A stretch of 64,000 bases of DNA from Trypanosoma brucei (taxonomy: Eukaryota), in NCBI GenBank assembly GCA_000002445.1, contig CH464491.1:3776001-3840000 (forward strand). Reading direction: 5' to 3'. The position numbers and the translations under genes were made by a program. Positions 39,923-49,707 of the stretch are shown here, in pieces (position 1 is the first letter of the stretch; each line of letters begins with the position of its first letter). The notes below the pieces were generated by a model that ran no database searches, was not told the DNA's origin, and saw only the letters and a program-made list of their open reading frames with translations.

Positions 39923-41358
39923 AATAACTGTCAATGAAGCTTCCAAATGAGCAACGTACTCATGGCAGGTCCGTCAGTTGCACCGATGCATTAATCTTGG
40001 GAAGTTCGGGTACACTATAGGTGCGAAACTCCAGGTTCCCGGCGCATAAAAATTCAAATGCAATGTAATCCACATGGCGTCTACGGCTCCTGGACGACAC
40101 ATAAGCAGTTGCGTTTGTGAAAGTTGCACTTGAGGTCATATGTGGAAATTTGGGGTTCTATGGGCATTCTCCGTTAATGGAATTCGAATTAATAAAAATG
40201 ATGCTTTTGAACGTCGTTTCCAAGCGGAGGCCTCAAAGGCGAGGACAAAAAGAAAAAAACAGTGGAAAAACATAACGTTGGACTGAGGGTTGGTTCTGTT
40301 GATTTAAAAAAAATCGGTCAAACGCTTCATTTCGGACCAACAGCTGTCATAGGCCTTCCGGAAGGAGCCGCATCGTGGCTGGTGAGAACAAACGGGTTTG
40401 GCGTGTGTTCCTCCGCTGTAACTCCAAATGTTAGCGCTTCGTTAAGTAACATGGGGGGAATATGCATTTTCAGGTGCGTAAATTAACTTACGTGGAACTT
40501 GCTGTTTTTTGTTACTACATATCTCAGTTATTTGCAGTATGTCCAACACAATACATGTCTTCACAGTGGCGAATAGTCTGCCCAGACACGCTGACAGTTG
40601 ACGCTGAAGGTAAGGCGCGTAAAGGTATGGCAGTATTGTGTGAATTCATGCAACATCAACATTGATACGTTGTGCCGGATGGCTCTGTTATCTACCGAAG
40701 TCCGCGTATGGTTCACAAAAAAAAATATTGGGAGTAGTTTTGTGGAAAGACATTTCAAGCTGCTTGATTTCCCACTTCCTCGTGACTGTGAAGGTGGCGG
40801 TAATTCAAAAGAAAATCATACTGCGGAGGCACTGGAGATTACAATTATTTTGCTGCGTTTAAACACCTGCACAGAGCATGTGCATAAGTTTATTTTCATT
40901 GAGAACAGCGACTTTGGGTGCAAGGGGATCGCTGCGTTGGTTACCGTTGGCTAACCCACTGCGTCTCTTCCTCCACATCTTTTTCAATGAATTCTTTTAC
41001 GTTTTCAGCACTTGCTTTTGCTCTTATTGTTTTCGCTGCGTTTCCGAAATCCAAAAGGAGTGCCGCCGACGCTACGAAGAAAAAATTATATCAAAAAAGA
41101 CATCTTGAATAATGTCTAATGATAATGGGGGTACAATTTTCAGGCATATTTATGAGAGAACTTCCCGTTTGCACCTATTCTCGTTTCGTTACTTTCCACC
41201 GCGGCCGGCATAGCACAGAGGGCAACCTCTCGTCGTGCCTTCATTTTCTCTCTTCAATATTTCATGGAAACAATTGTTTCGTTAAACTGTCGGTACAAAT
41301 AGTTCGTTGGCGTCACCGAACAATGAGCACATGAATTTAAAAAATAAATAAACTATCG

Positions 41359-41390
41359 GTGTGCGTGTGTGTGTGTGTGTGGGGGGGGGG
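41359..41390. repeat. (GT)n microsatellite fused to a G10 homopolymer run
   Basis: Read directly: 'gtgtgcgtgtgtgtgtgtgtgtgtgggggggggggaag'. A second G7 run lies at about 41505. Confidence 0.85.
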
Positions 41391-42942
41391 AAGTGCCTAA
41401 TGTAGAAATCGTTACCTTCTGTCGGTCAGTGAATGTGTAAGTGCTCTGTGCCATAATACCTCGTTGCACATTTTTAAGAGTCAAAGTAAATATTGTATTG
41501 GCGTGGGGGGGAACGTGTAAATTAACGGAGAGACAACACAACGAAGTCTCCGCTGCTAACGACTTTGGAAGCAAACGTATTATCGTAAAATTGCGGTAAC
41601 GCTATACTGCAGGTGAGAGAAATGTAAAGGATATGCGCGCTGGTCGAGTGTCCAACATGGGTGGAATACAAGTTACGTGTACGAAATAAACAAAAACACA
41701 TGTGACCTAAATTATATAGATTAAGAGGATGAAGTACAGGAAAGTCTTGAAGGAAACAATAACTCGTGGTCCTAACTCCCTTTCTTTTGAGATGCAGCAG
41801 GAAGACAATTACCTGTGTGTTGTTTGTGTAAAGGTGGAATGGGAAAGAGTTATGAGGGAAGAGCTGTGGATGCTGAGCAAGAGGAGTCGTGATGTAAAGC
41901 TAAGAGGAATGGTTGGAATTGAAATGGGATCGAGTGTGAATAAGGTGATGGTTGCGTTTTGTCTGGTACGGATCTCAGATGGCAATGACATATTTTGTAA
42001 TGTGGTTGAATATGAATAAATAAGCAAAAGGAAAGTTGGACAGAAACTCCCCCTTTAACATCTTCCATTAAAGGATGGAAGAATGTGGTTTTCAATCGTT
42101 AATTTTTAATAATGCTAGTTTCGTGGAGAAAGGGTAATGATTTCTCGGATGCAAAGGCCGATATTTTCAGACGGAGGAGAACAGAAATTGATGGAGTGTT
42201 ATATCGCATGAATGAGTAACAAAATATTTATCTTTACTACGGGGATGCAATATTTGTGTGTATTTATTCAAATTCTTATTTACTACACACACCGAGAAGT
42301 GGAGAACATCTCATTACAAATAGTTGGGTGCTCTACAGGGACTCATCTTCTGGAGTCTCAAAGTGGTTTGGGTTCGCCAGTATGAGTGAGCAATGGGAAG
42401 GTAAAGGTAAGTTGAAGAAATAGGTTCATTTATCGGCAAACAGGATGTAAAGGGACACTGTAAGCGTACGAATAGCTGTTTATTTGATTGTCTTTGGTAA
42501 TGTGTATATTTTATGATGACTGACAAAAAGGTTGTGTGTCACCCCTTGTGACTGCGGCGGGAGGGGCGCAAGGGGTAATCTATTGTTTTTGGTTGAGTGC
42601 TAACTGATGGTAGTGTGATGTTTCTCGCTGCGGTGCGGGGGGTAATATCCAGGTTAATGAGTGTGGGTCCACAACATCGAAGGCAGAACCTATTCCTACG
42701 CTGCTTTCCAATGCGTCAAAGCTCTGCAAACAAAACCGGCAATCCTCTCCCACCCAACCTCGCGGAGCCGCATGCTGTAATCAAATCCGCTTGCAAACTG
42801 CAGCAACCACTTTGTACAATTTTTTTTTTCCTGCGTCCCATGTGATAACTGTCGCATAAACGAGGGGTAGCGGCCAGCGCTACACATACCCACATTATGT
42901 ATGCATTTGCCTACCGTTTCAGTCATTTGTATTTCTATAGAC

Positions 42943-44154
42943 ATGCTTGCAACAGTAGTTTTGTTTGTTGTGGCATTGGGAGTTAGCGTCGGTGATATAA
43001 ACGCCGAGAGGGCGGCGCTGAAGTTGAAGGTAGCTCAAGGGGTTTGTGCAGCAACGAAGGCGCTGAAGTCAGTTCACAGATACACGGTAGAAAAGGTGAA
43101 GGAGGCTGAGGGAAAATTGGAAGATGTACAGAATATGGTGAAACTGGCGAAACTCAAGGTGCTGAGGGAAAAAAAGGCTGGTAGTGTCGATTGCAGAACG
43201 ATGGCGTTTTTCCTCAACTATACAGTGAAGAAGGTGTCCGGTATGATAGAGTTACTTCCGAAAATTAGGGAGCAGGGTTTAAATCTCACGGCGTCAGCGG
43301 GTATAGCTGCAGGGAGATTGGAAGAAATGATAAATGTATTTCACCAACCATCTGACAGGCAGGAGAGTGATATCTTTTTCTGCATTGCAGGTAAACAAGG
43401 TGAAGGAGTTACAAAAAGCGAATTGGCTGACTGCTTCAAGGGTGGGAGGGATGCGATTGACTCTTCCCATTTTGTGGCCTTTGGTGATGCCGAGGCAACG
43501 AAGGGTTGGCAAGATATTTTCAAGGAGAAGGACGGGCTGGAGGGAGCATTGAAGAAACATCTAACAGTGGACGACAACGACCCTAGGTTTACGAGGGGGG
43601 AGGGACGCGGATGTCAGTTGGTACACGGAATGCAGGGAGGGGGATATATCAAGGATGCGAACTTCACGGAGCACATGCTATGGGGGGATGGTATACTTGG
43701 GGTGAAGAAAGATGGAAATGGAACGACTGGATATGTAGGAAGCACGAGGGGTAGCGACTACGATCACGATATTCTTTGGGAGAAGGATCCAACGGCGAGT
43801 GTCCCCAGTCTTCACGCAACCGTAAGTGATTACCACTCTTTCAGTGGTTTGCTGCACAAGTATGACACCATTTACCGCAGTGTTACAGAGGAGTGGACTG
43901 CAGATTTAATCCAGAGAGATCCCGAGGCTACTGATTTGCTAACCGCATCGGAGCTCACCGTCGAGGACGTTGCTGCACTCAACAGCCGCACGAAGCAGGA
44001 GTGGCTTTCCCAGAAACACGCCAAGGAAGCGGACAAGGAGTTTCTAATGACAGAGATACGATTTTGCGGGAAACTGAAACGAAGGGGATTCATCAGACGA
44101 ATGGTGAAGAAGATCCTTGGCGGACTTCGTATAAGTTGGACATCGGAGGGTTAG
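42943..44154 (+). CDS. ESAG7/PAG-like VSG-fold surface/secreted glycoprotein with a signal peptide and no C-terminal GPI signal
   Basis: The track start at 42901 is ATG, and a second in-frame ATG at 42943 begins the signal peptide 'MLATVVLFVVALGVSVG'. 'AAGRLEEMINVF', 'FFCIAGKQG' and 'LADCFKGG' resemble ESAG6/7 transferrin-receptor-family blocks (from memory). There are several NxT/S sites. The C-terminus is hydrophilic. Confidence 0.55.
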   Translation: MLATVVLFVVALGVSVGDINAERAALKLKVAQGVCAATKALKSVHRYTVEKVKEAEGKLEDVQNMVKLAKLKVLREKKAGSVDCRTMAFFLNYTVKKVSGMIELLPKIREQGLNLTASAGIAAGRLEEMINVFHQPSDRQESDIFFCIAGKQGEGVTKSELADCFKGGRDAIDSSHFVAFGDAEATKGWQDIFKEKDGLEGALKKHLTVDDNDPRFTRGEGRGCQLVHGMQGGGYIKDANFTEHMLWGDGILGVKKDGNGTTGYVGSTRGSDYDHDILWEKDPTASVPSLHATVSDYHSFSGLLHKYDTIYRSVTEEWTADLIQRDPEATDLLTASELTVEDVAALNSRTKQEWLSQKHAKEADKEFLMTEIRFCGKLKRRGFIRRMVKKILGGLRISWTSEG

Positions 44155-44284
44155 CAGTTTGTTTTGTGTGTGTCAACAGTTCTTTATTTGCAAATACGGA
44201 GGTTTGTACTGACTTCTTTGTCAATGGGTATTCGTGCAGGTGTACGTGTAGTGCTGTCTCTTTATTCCTGAAGTTATTGCCATT

Positions 44285-45394
44285 ATGAGGTTCATGCTAA
44301 GGTTAGTTATGTTGCTTGGTGTCCCCGTTGTATTTGCGGATGTGGCTACTATTGATAACAAACCACTGTCTAACAAAACAGTAGAGAGCATTTGTGATTT
44401 GTCAAAGATGTTGAAATTTGGGGTTCGTGCTTATGTCCTCAGTAAGACAAGGGAAGTGGAAGAGAAGTTGAAAGAGGTGACAATAGTAGGGAATTATGCG
44501 AAGCTGAAGATGCTGACGGGTAATTTAAGTGGCTTTGAGTGCGCCCAAAAGAAAATATACGTTACACATACACTGGAAACGAAAAGGGCAAGGATCAGTG
44601 ATTTGTTTAGGGACATGTGGAGCACAGGGGCGAAGCTGGTAGGCTCGTCAGGTCTTGTAGCAGGGAGGTTGGACGAGTTGGTAAATGTGTTTGCAAGTGC
44701 ATGGGCGAACGAAAGTCATTACTGTGCCCAAGGCTTTAAAAAAATTGTTACTTGCAATACATCAAAAGATAGTAGTGTGTCCTTAGAAGATTTTGACCGC
44801 AAGGGTCTAGCAAGTATTGTGGATGAAACACTCAGCATTAACAGCGATGAAGTGTTAGAAAACAAGAGCACTAGTTGCCTGCTAACTCAGGGGTTCAATG
44901 GGGGAGGATATCTGAAATACTCAAACAGCCAAGATCAAACTAAGAGTTCCGGACTGAAAAGGAATCTTGTTTGGGGTGACGGAATATTTGGTATCAGGAG
45001 AGACGGAAATGGTAGTACCTCGTCTCAAGGTATTGTTTCTAGTGCAGAGTATCCGACGGATGTCATGTGGGAGCACCAGCCATCAAAAATGATTCCCATT
45101 ATCAAATCGACAGTGAAAGATTTTGTAGACTTTCAAAAAGGCTTTAAGGAAATTGGCGTTGAGTTGAGGGCCCTTTTTAAGGAGTTGAAAGCGAAGGGTA
45201 TGATGACCACTGTGGCTGACAGTGATATTGCCGACAGTGATCAGCAGCTACTGAACCACAATTTCAAGATGTGCGGGAAGTTTTCTGTTGGAAAGGGAGA
45301 TTATTTTAAAGGGAGTGGGGTAGTGGGTCATACCACGTTGGGTGGAAACTGCATGCGTGCTGTTTTTTTTGTATTCTCTGTGGTATTGTGGTAA
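44285..45394 (+). CDS. ESAG6/PAG-like VSG-fold surface glycoprotein, paralogue of the upstream gene, with a signal peptide and a C-terminal GPI-anchor signal
   Basis: ATG at 44285. The signal peptide is 'MRFMLRLVMLLGVPVVFA'. 'VAGRLDELVNVF' and 'LVWGDGIFGIRRDGNG' are paralogous to 'AAGRLEEMINVF' and 'LWGDGILGVKKDGNG' of the upstream gene. The hydrophobic C-terminus 'AVFFVFSVVLW' is typical of a GPI signal. Confidence 0.6.
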   Translation: MRFMLRLVMLLGVPVVFADVATIDNKPLSNKTVESICDLSKMLKFGVRAYVLSKTREVEEKLKEVTIVGNYAKLKMLTGNLSGFECAQKKIYVTHTLETKRARISDLFRDMWSTGAKLVGSSGLVAGRLDELVNVFASAWANESHYCAQGFKKIVTCNTSKDSSVSLEDFDRKGLASIVDETLSINSDEVLENKSTSCLLTQGFNGGGYLKYSNSQDQTKSSGLKRNLVWGDGIFGIRRDGNGSTSSQGIVSSAEYPTDVMWEHQPSKMIPIIKSTVKDFVDFQKGFKEIGVELRALFKELKAKGMMTTVADSDIADSDQQLLNHNFKMCGKFSVGKGDYFKGSGVVGHTTLGGNCMRAVFFVFSVVLW

Positions 45395-45495
45395 CTGCAA
45401 TTCTAATGAGTGCTCTCCTTTTTGTTGTATGGAAACACTTATTCTGCTTACGCGATCCAAATATTTCTCATAAACTTTTAATTTTTAAAGTGAGA

Positions 45496-46872
45496 ATGGA
45501 AAAGCTTGGAATATTGCTTTTGGCTACCACTACGTTTGTAGTTGGGACAACTACGGAAAATAAGGAAAACCTCCGCAATCAGCAAGAATTTAATCAACTA
45601 TGCAGGATTTTGAGACTTGTGGAAGGGGATCCAGGACAAGTCGTTAAGGAGCCTCCAAACTTGGGAATCCTCATAGAAGTGCTCCAAAAAATGGTGAAGG
45701 CAACCTTTGTAAAGGAGTCGTCTTACCAAGAAGCAGTTGATGCAAGGGAAAAATGGAAGAGCACAGACAGTACGGTCGAAACAAAGAATATTATGGATAA
45801 GCAACGTGCGGATGATTTGGTGAGGTATAAGATTACACACGAGAAACTCAAGAAACTCCTCGCGAAAGCCAAGATGCTGGTGAGCAGGATCAAGGAGGAA
45901 AGGTACTTGGCATATGTATCGAGGAATGCTGCACTAGAGAAGATGGCGAAAGTTGTATATGGAAGCAGCGCAGAAAAAATGTTCAGGAATGAAACTGAAT
46001 TTGAAAAGTTTTTGGCCAATTCACAAGGCACAATAGTGGGTAAAACGGCCAAGGAGACATGTGGGATGTCAAATGATAAAATGAAGAATGTAAGTTTTGC
46101 GGGTTACTCACTGGTTGGAGACTTTTTCTGCTTGTGTGTTGGTGAAAATAATAATGCCACGCTATGCGACAAAAGCTTCAGTGGACCCAGGGAGGAGCAT
46201 AAGTGGACAAAAGTGATGTTTGAGGACAAACTTGTTGACTTTGCTGCTGGTTGGTTTAAGATAAGAGGTTTGTGTTATGTCAATGCCACGAGTGGAATAA
46301 AGGATGTGGTAACTCCAGAAAATATTAGCACGGAGATTGTAGCCTTCAACAAGATGCTTGGAAGACAGCGGGATGATGTTCAAATTTATCGAAGAGAAGC
46401 CGAATCATATCGACAGTACATTCTTGGGAGGGTTGAGCAAGTAGGATTTACTGACAGTGCAATATGCACTGGAGAGCACCAGCATATGTGTGTAAATTAC
46501 GCACAATGCTTGGTCTCGAATAAAGGTATTCCATGGCAACTCAAGCTAATGGAGGCAGAGGAGGATCTAGAGGATGTGGAAAAACATAACATGGAGGTGC
46601 ATGTGCTAATTGGGAGGTTGGATAAACTCATTGAGAAAATCAAGAAAGCAGCAGAGCAACTCAGTCAAGAGATGGAAGGAATTGATGTTGCAGTTGAGAA
46701 GGTTCAGTTGCTGGAGGAAGAGATCGAAGAAAATGAAACCACGGGAAAAAGTGAGGCAACCGCAGGAGAGTTTAATGATAATGCGCAACCTGAGGAGGGG
46801 AGTTTAGATAAATGTGAATATTGGGGTATGTTTTCTATTTTGTTCGGGGTTGTAGCATTTAGCCTCGTGTAA
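45496..46872 (+). CDS. VSG-fold GPI-anchored surface glycoprotein, second subfamily of the array
   Basis: The track start at 45388 is GTG, and the first ATG at 45496 begins the signal peptide 'MEKLGILLLATTTFVVG'. The Cys-rich core carries 'GDFFCLCVGENNNATLCDK'. An acidic coiled-coil segment follows, then the GPI-signal-like C-terminus 'YWGMFSILFGVVAFSLV'. Confidence 0.55.
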   Translation: MEKLGILLLATTTFVVGTTTENKENLRNQQEFNQLCRILRLVEGDPGQVVKEPPNLGILIEVLQKMVKATFVKESSYQEAVDAREKWKSTDSTVETKNIMDKQRADDLVRYKITHEKLKKLLAKAKMLVSRIKEERYLAYVSRNAALEKMAKVVYGSSAEKMFRNETEFEKFLANSQGTIVGKTAKETCGMSNDKMKNVSFAGYSLVGDFFCLCVGENNNATLCDKSFSGPREEHKWTKVMFEDKLVDFAAGWFKIRGLCYVNATSGIKDVVTPENISTEIVAFNKMLGRQRDDVQIYRREAESYRQYILGRVEQVGFTDSAICTGEHQHMCVNYAQCLVSNKGIPWQLKLMEAEEDLEDVEKHNMEVHVLIGRLDKLIEKIKKAAEQLSQEMEGIDVAVEKVQLLEEEIEENETTGKSEATAGEFNDNAQPEEGSLDKCEYWGMFSILFGVVAFSLV

Positions 46873-47006
46873 TGTTTTTGTTTGACGTTGGTGTTATGGT
46901 GATGAATCTCTTTGTTTGACCTGACTGATTAAGGCGAAAATAACGCTGCTGATAACTTTGTACCTCCCTTTTCCACCTTTTACCTCTTAAGATATAAACA
47001 ACAACA

Positions 47007-48374
47007 ATGAGGAGTGAAATAGTGCTTGTTGTTGGGTTGTTTTTAACTGTTTTATTCTCTTCTCCACAGGGTGATTTGGCTGGATATAAATGGAGCACAG
47101 AATCTATTAACTGGAGTGCGATTACGAAACTCATTGGAGTCAATGACGAGTACCATAACGCTGGCGAGTTCGAAGCTCTTTGCAAGATTTACAGAATCAC
47201 GCAGGCAGAAGCCCCGCAGCCTTTCTTTAAGAATCGTGAGAGGGAAGGTGAGATTGTGAAGAAGTTGCAGGAAATGATCAGTGAGACGGAGGCTGCGGGT
47301 GGTAATAAAGTTTTGAATAAATCAGCTAACAGCACAACAGCATATCAGGAGATAAAGAAACTTCTTGAAAAGGCGAAAAAGCTGAAGGAAGAAATAGAAG
47401 TCAACAGGACAAAAGCCTTGAATGCAAGTCGCTCTGCTGAAGAAAATATGCTGAGGGCTGTGTATGGCGATGCTGTGGATGTGGCAAGAAATGGGAATAA
47501 AACATTGGAGGAGGCCATGAGGGGAAACAAGTCACTGCTGTTCAATAGTGTTGATGATGCAGGTACAAGTTGTGGTTCTTACGGAGAGAAGCTGGTTGGC
47601 AAGACACTAATCAATGACTTTTTCTGCCTATGTGTGGGAGAGGCTAAGAACGTGAAAATAAAGCAAAATCTTCTGCACCCCGGGCATGTCACACCTTATG
47701 ACGGTGTGTATAATGGATACAATTGTCCCTGCAAGGATGAAATAAGGAGACCGAAAAGCGGCAGTTGGACTATGATGGCTGAATATTGTAAAGGTGGCGA
47801 AGACATTTGTAACCCTGACAACGTAACATATGACCATACTGAAGCATGGGACGTGATCAGTAAAGCTTGTGTATACAAAAATGTTGCATCTAATGTAAAA
47901 ACCTTGAAGAGTGCACTGGCTCAGTTTGATGCGTTGTTGAATTTGGAACAGGATGAGTATCAAGTCAGGGGTATTTTTGGTTATGTTAGAACGGAAAATA
48001 ACGAAAATCGCACGTGCACAGGTCACACTGCTGGGTTTACATGTGTCAGTTACAATCACACACTTGAAAATGGTGGAATTCCTTGGTACAACCGCCTTAC
48101 TAATGCTACCGAGCAACTACAAGAAATGGCAAAGTATGCCAAAGAAGCTGACAGTCATCTTCATGAATTGGAAGAGTACCAACATGAGGCAGAGGAAATA
48201 TTTCTTGAGGTGAAACTTGGTGGTGATGCAGAGCTGTGGAAAAATAGCCGAGCTCAAGGTGAAAGTGACAGTGAAGGTTATGATACTGGGGTAAATAATG
48301 ATGGACTTACTCATTTGAATGTGGAAACTGGGGGGTTTACATTATTAATTTTATCTCTTATTTGTATCTTTTAG
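47007..48374 (+). CDS. VSG-fold GPI-anchored surface glycoprotein, paralogue of 45496-46872
   Basis: ATG at 47007. The signal peptide is 'MRSEIVLVVGLFLTVLFSS'. 'NDFFCLCVGEAKN', 'GIPWYNRL' and the acidic helical region are colinear with the upstream gene ('GDFFCLCVGENNN', 'GIPWQLKL'). The GPI-signal-like end is 'GGFTLLILSLICIF'. There are many NxS/T sites. Confidence 0.55.
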   Translation: MRSEIVLVVGLFLTVLFSSPQGDLAGYKWSTESINWSAITKLIGVNDEYHNAGEFEALCKIYRITQAEAPQPFFKNREREGEIVKKLQEMISETEAAGGNKVLNKSANSTTAYQEIKKLLEKAKKLKEEIEVNRTKALNASRSAEENMLRAVYGDAVDVARNGNKTLEEAMRGNKSLLFNSVDDAGTSCGSYGEKLVGKTLINDFFCLCVGEAKNVKIKQNLLHPGHVTPYDGVYNGYNCPCKDEIRRPKSGSWTMMAEYCKGGEDICNPDNVTYDHTEAWDVISKACVYKNVASNVKTLKSALAQFDALLNLEQDEYQVRGIFGYVRTENNENRTCTGHTAGFTCVSYNHTLENGGIPWYNRLTNATEQLQEMAKYAKEADSHLHELEEYQHEAEEIFLEVKLGGDAELWKNSRAQGESDSEGYDTGVNNDGLTHLNVETGGFTLLILSLICIF

Positions 48375-48576
48375 TTTGATTCTATGCCACCAACTATATT
48401 ATGTTATGCCATGTTTTTTTATTTCGTTTCTTTGTTGTGTTTGAAATGATATGGTGCATGCATATATGCATATACATGACTGCATCACTGTGTATTTGTG
48501 TTTTTCTCACGATATGAAACTGTATTAATTACCCTTTAGATATTTTCTTCTCTCATTTAGATAAACAATAAAGGAA

Positions 48577-49707
48577 ATGTCTCTGTTTATTGCAGCGGTG
48601 TATTTGACAGCGTTGACCGTGGTTGAGGTGGTCATGGGGAAGCATGCTGGTAAGGCCATGACTGAGAAGGATGCCGAGACATTGTGTAATCTTAGCTATG
48701 CTTTGAGGGTTGTGAGCGCTGACATTCAAAGAAAGCAAAAAGATGCGACTGCAAAGGTGGATGAAGTGCGAGAGTGGCGGCACCGGCATGGTGTAAAGGG
48801 GAGGACATGGAAAGCAATAGTACAGGGTTTGGAGAAGATAAGGGTTGTTAATGAAAGTTACATGGAAGGTATAAAGAAAACATATGGGGAAATGGAAAAG
48901 ATAATGAACGGTACGGATAGTGCCCTTTTGATAATGGATACTAGTTTTTTAAGCATTGTGAGAGTGTCCTATCATGTTGTGAATGCGTCAGAATCTATTG
49001 GACAGGTATTGAGGGATCTGGTGGTGATGTTTGAGAAAACGAAGGATGAAAAAGATAGTTGGTGCTGTTTGGTGAAAGGTAAAGAAGCGTTGAGTGGCGA
49101 AGGATGTGGAAATGGTGGGGATGGTAATGATCAGAAATACAAAGTGGTTGGTATACCCGAAAAATGTAAGACATCTGTTACTGTGAATACAACGAGCGAA
49201 GGAATAATGACATTACTAAAAGAACATGAGAGAAGTCAAGAAATCGAATTTACAACTAATGAGAGACCGAATTGCTGGATCATGGGTACGGAAAAAGTTG
49301 CTAATGGAGGAGCTGGATCTTTCATAGTGGGAGCTACTGGAGGCTTTGTTACGTACCGTAACGGCGATGCTGTTACTCTGAGATCTCAGAATATGATACC
49401 CGAACTCATCAAGAACTACACCTTAGTTAGAAAGGGATATGAAAGTATCAAGGACAAATACAATAAGTTAAAACCAAATTTTGGACCTTTTGATGAACAC
49501 GAAAACCAACTAAAAGAATTGTTAACTCAGAGCCCGATGGTACGTAGGTATTTCAAGGAGAGTGGGAAGAAGCGCAAGGGAGGTGAGGATGATGATGATG
49601 TAATAGATGATGAAGGATCCTCCATGAGAAAACAATGGGCGGCAGCAGGCGTAATCTCTCGCTGCAGTTCTAGTTTTGTAGCTTTATCATTTTGCACGGT
49701 ATTGTAG
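48577..49707 (+). CDS. More divergent member of the same surface-protein array (signal peptide plus GPI-signal-like C-terminus)
   Basis: ATG at 48577. The signal peptide is 'MSLFIAAVYLTALTVVEVVMG'. 'IGQVLRDLVVMF' echoes the '...GRLxExxNVF' helix of the first two genes. It has a G-rich 'ANGGAGSFIVGATGGF' segment and a hydrophobic C-terminus 'FVALSFCTVL'. Confidence 0.5.
   Translation: MSLFIAAVYLTALTVVEVVMGKHAGKAMTEKDAETLCNLSYALRVVSADIQRKQKDATAKVDEVREWRHRHGVKGRTWKAIVQGLEKIRVVNESYMEGIKKTYGEMEKIMNGTDSALLIMDTSFLSIVRVSYHVVNASESIGQVLRDLVVMFEKTKDEKDSWCCLVKGKEALSGEGCGNGGDGNDQKYKVVGIPEKCKTSVTVNTTSEGIMTLLKEHERSQEIEFTTNERPNCWIMGTEKVANGGAGSFIVGATGGFVTYRNGDAVTLRSQNMIPELIKNYTLVRKGYESIKDKYNKLKPNFGPFDEHENQLKELLTQSPMVRRYFKESGKKRKGGEDDDDVIDDEGSSMRKQWAAAGVISRCSSSFVALSFCTVL

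Noticed and set aside
44001-44288. Out-of-frame hydrophobic peptide ('GGLAVCFVCVNSSLF') right after the stop of the ESAG7-like gene, which could be a frameshifted GPI signal
   Set aside because: The hydrophobic codons come from a (TGT/GTG)n simple repeat that looks like UTR sequence. Alignment with the downstream paralogue shows the in-frame C-terminus is simply shorter. There is no evidence of a sequencing frameshift.
42943-49707. Procyclin (EP/GPEET)-PAG locus
   Set aside because: PAG-like genes normally follow procyclin genes with (EP)n or GPEET repeats and a Pol I promoter. No Glu-Pro dipeptide repeat ORF or anything resembling such a locus precedes the array. The upstream genes are ordinary Pol II housekeeping genes.
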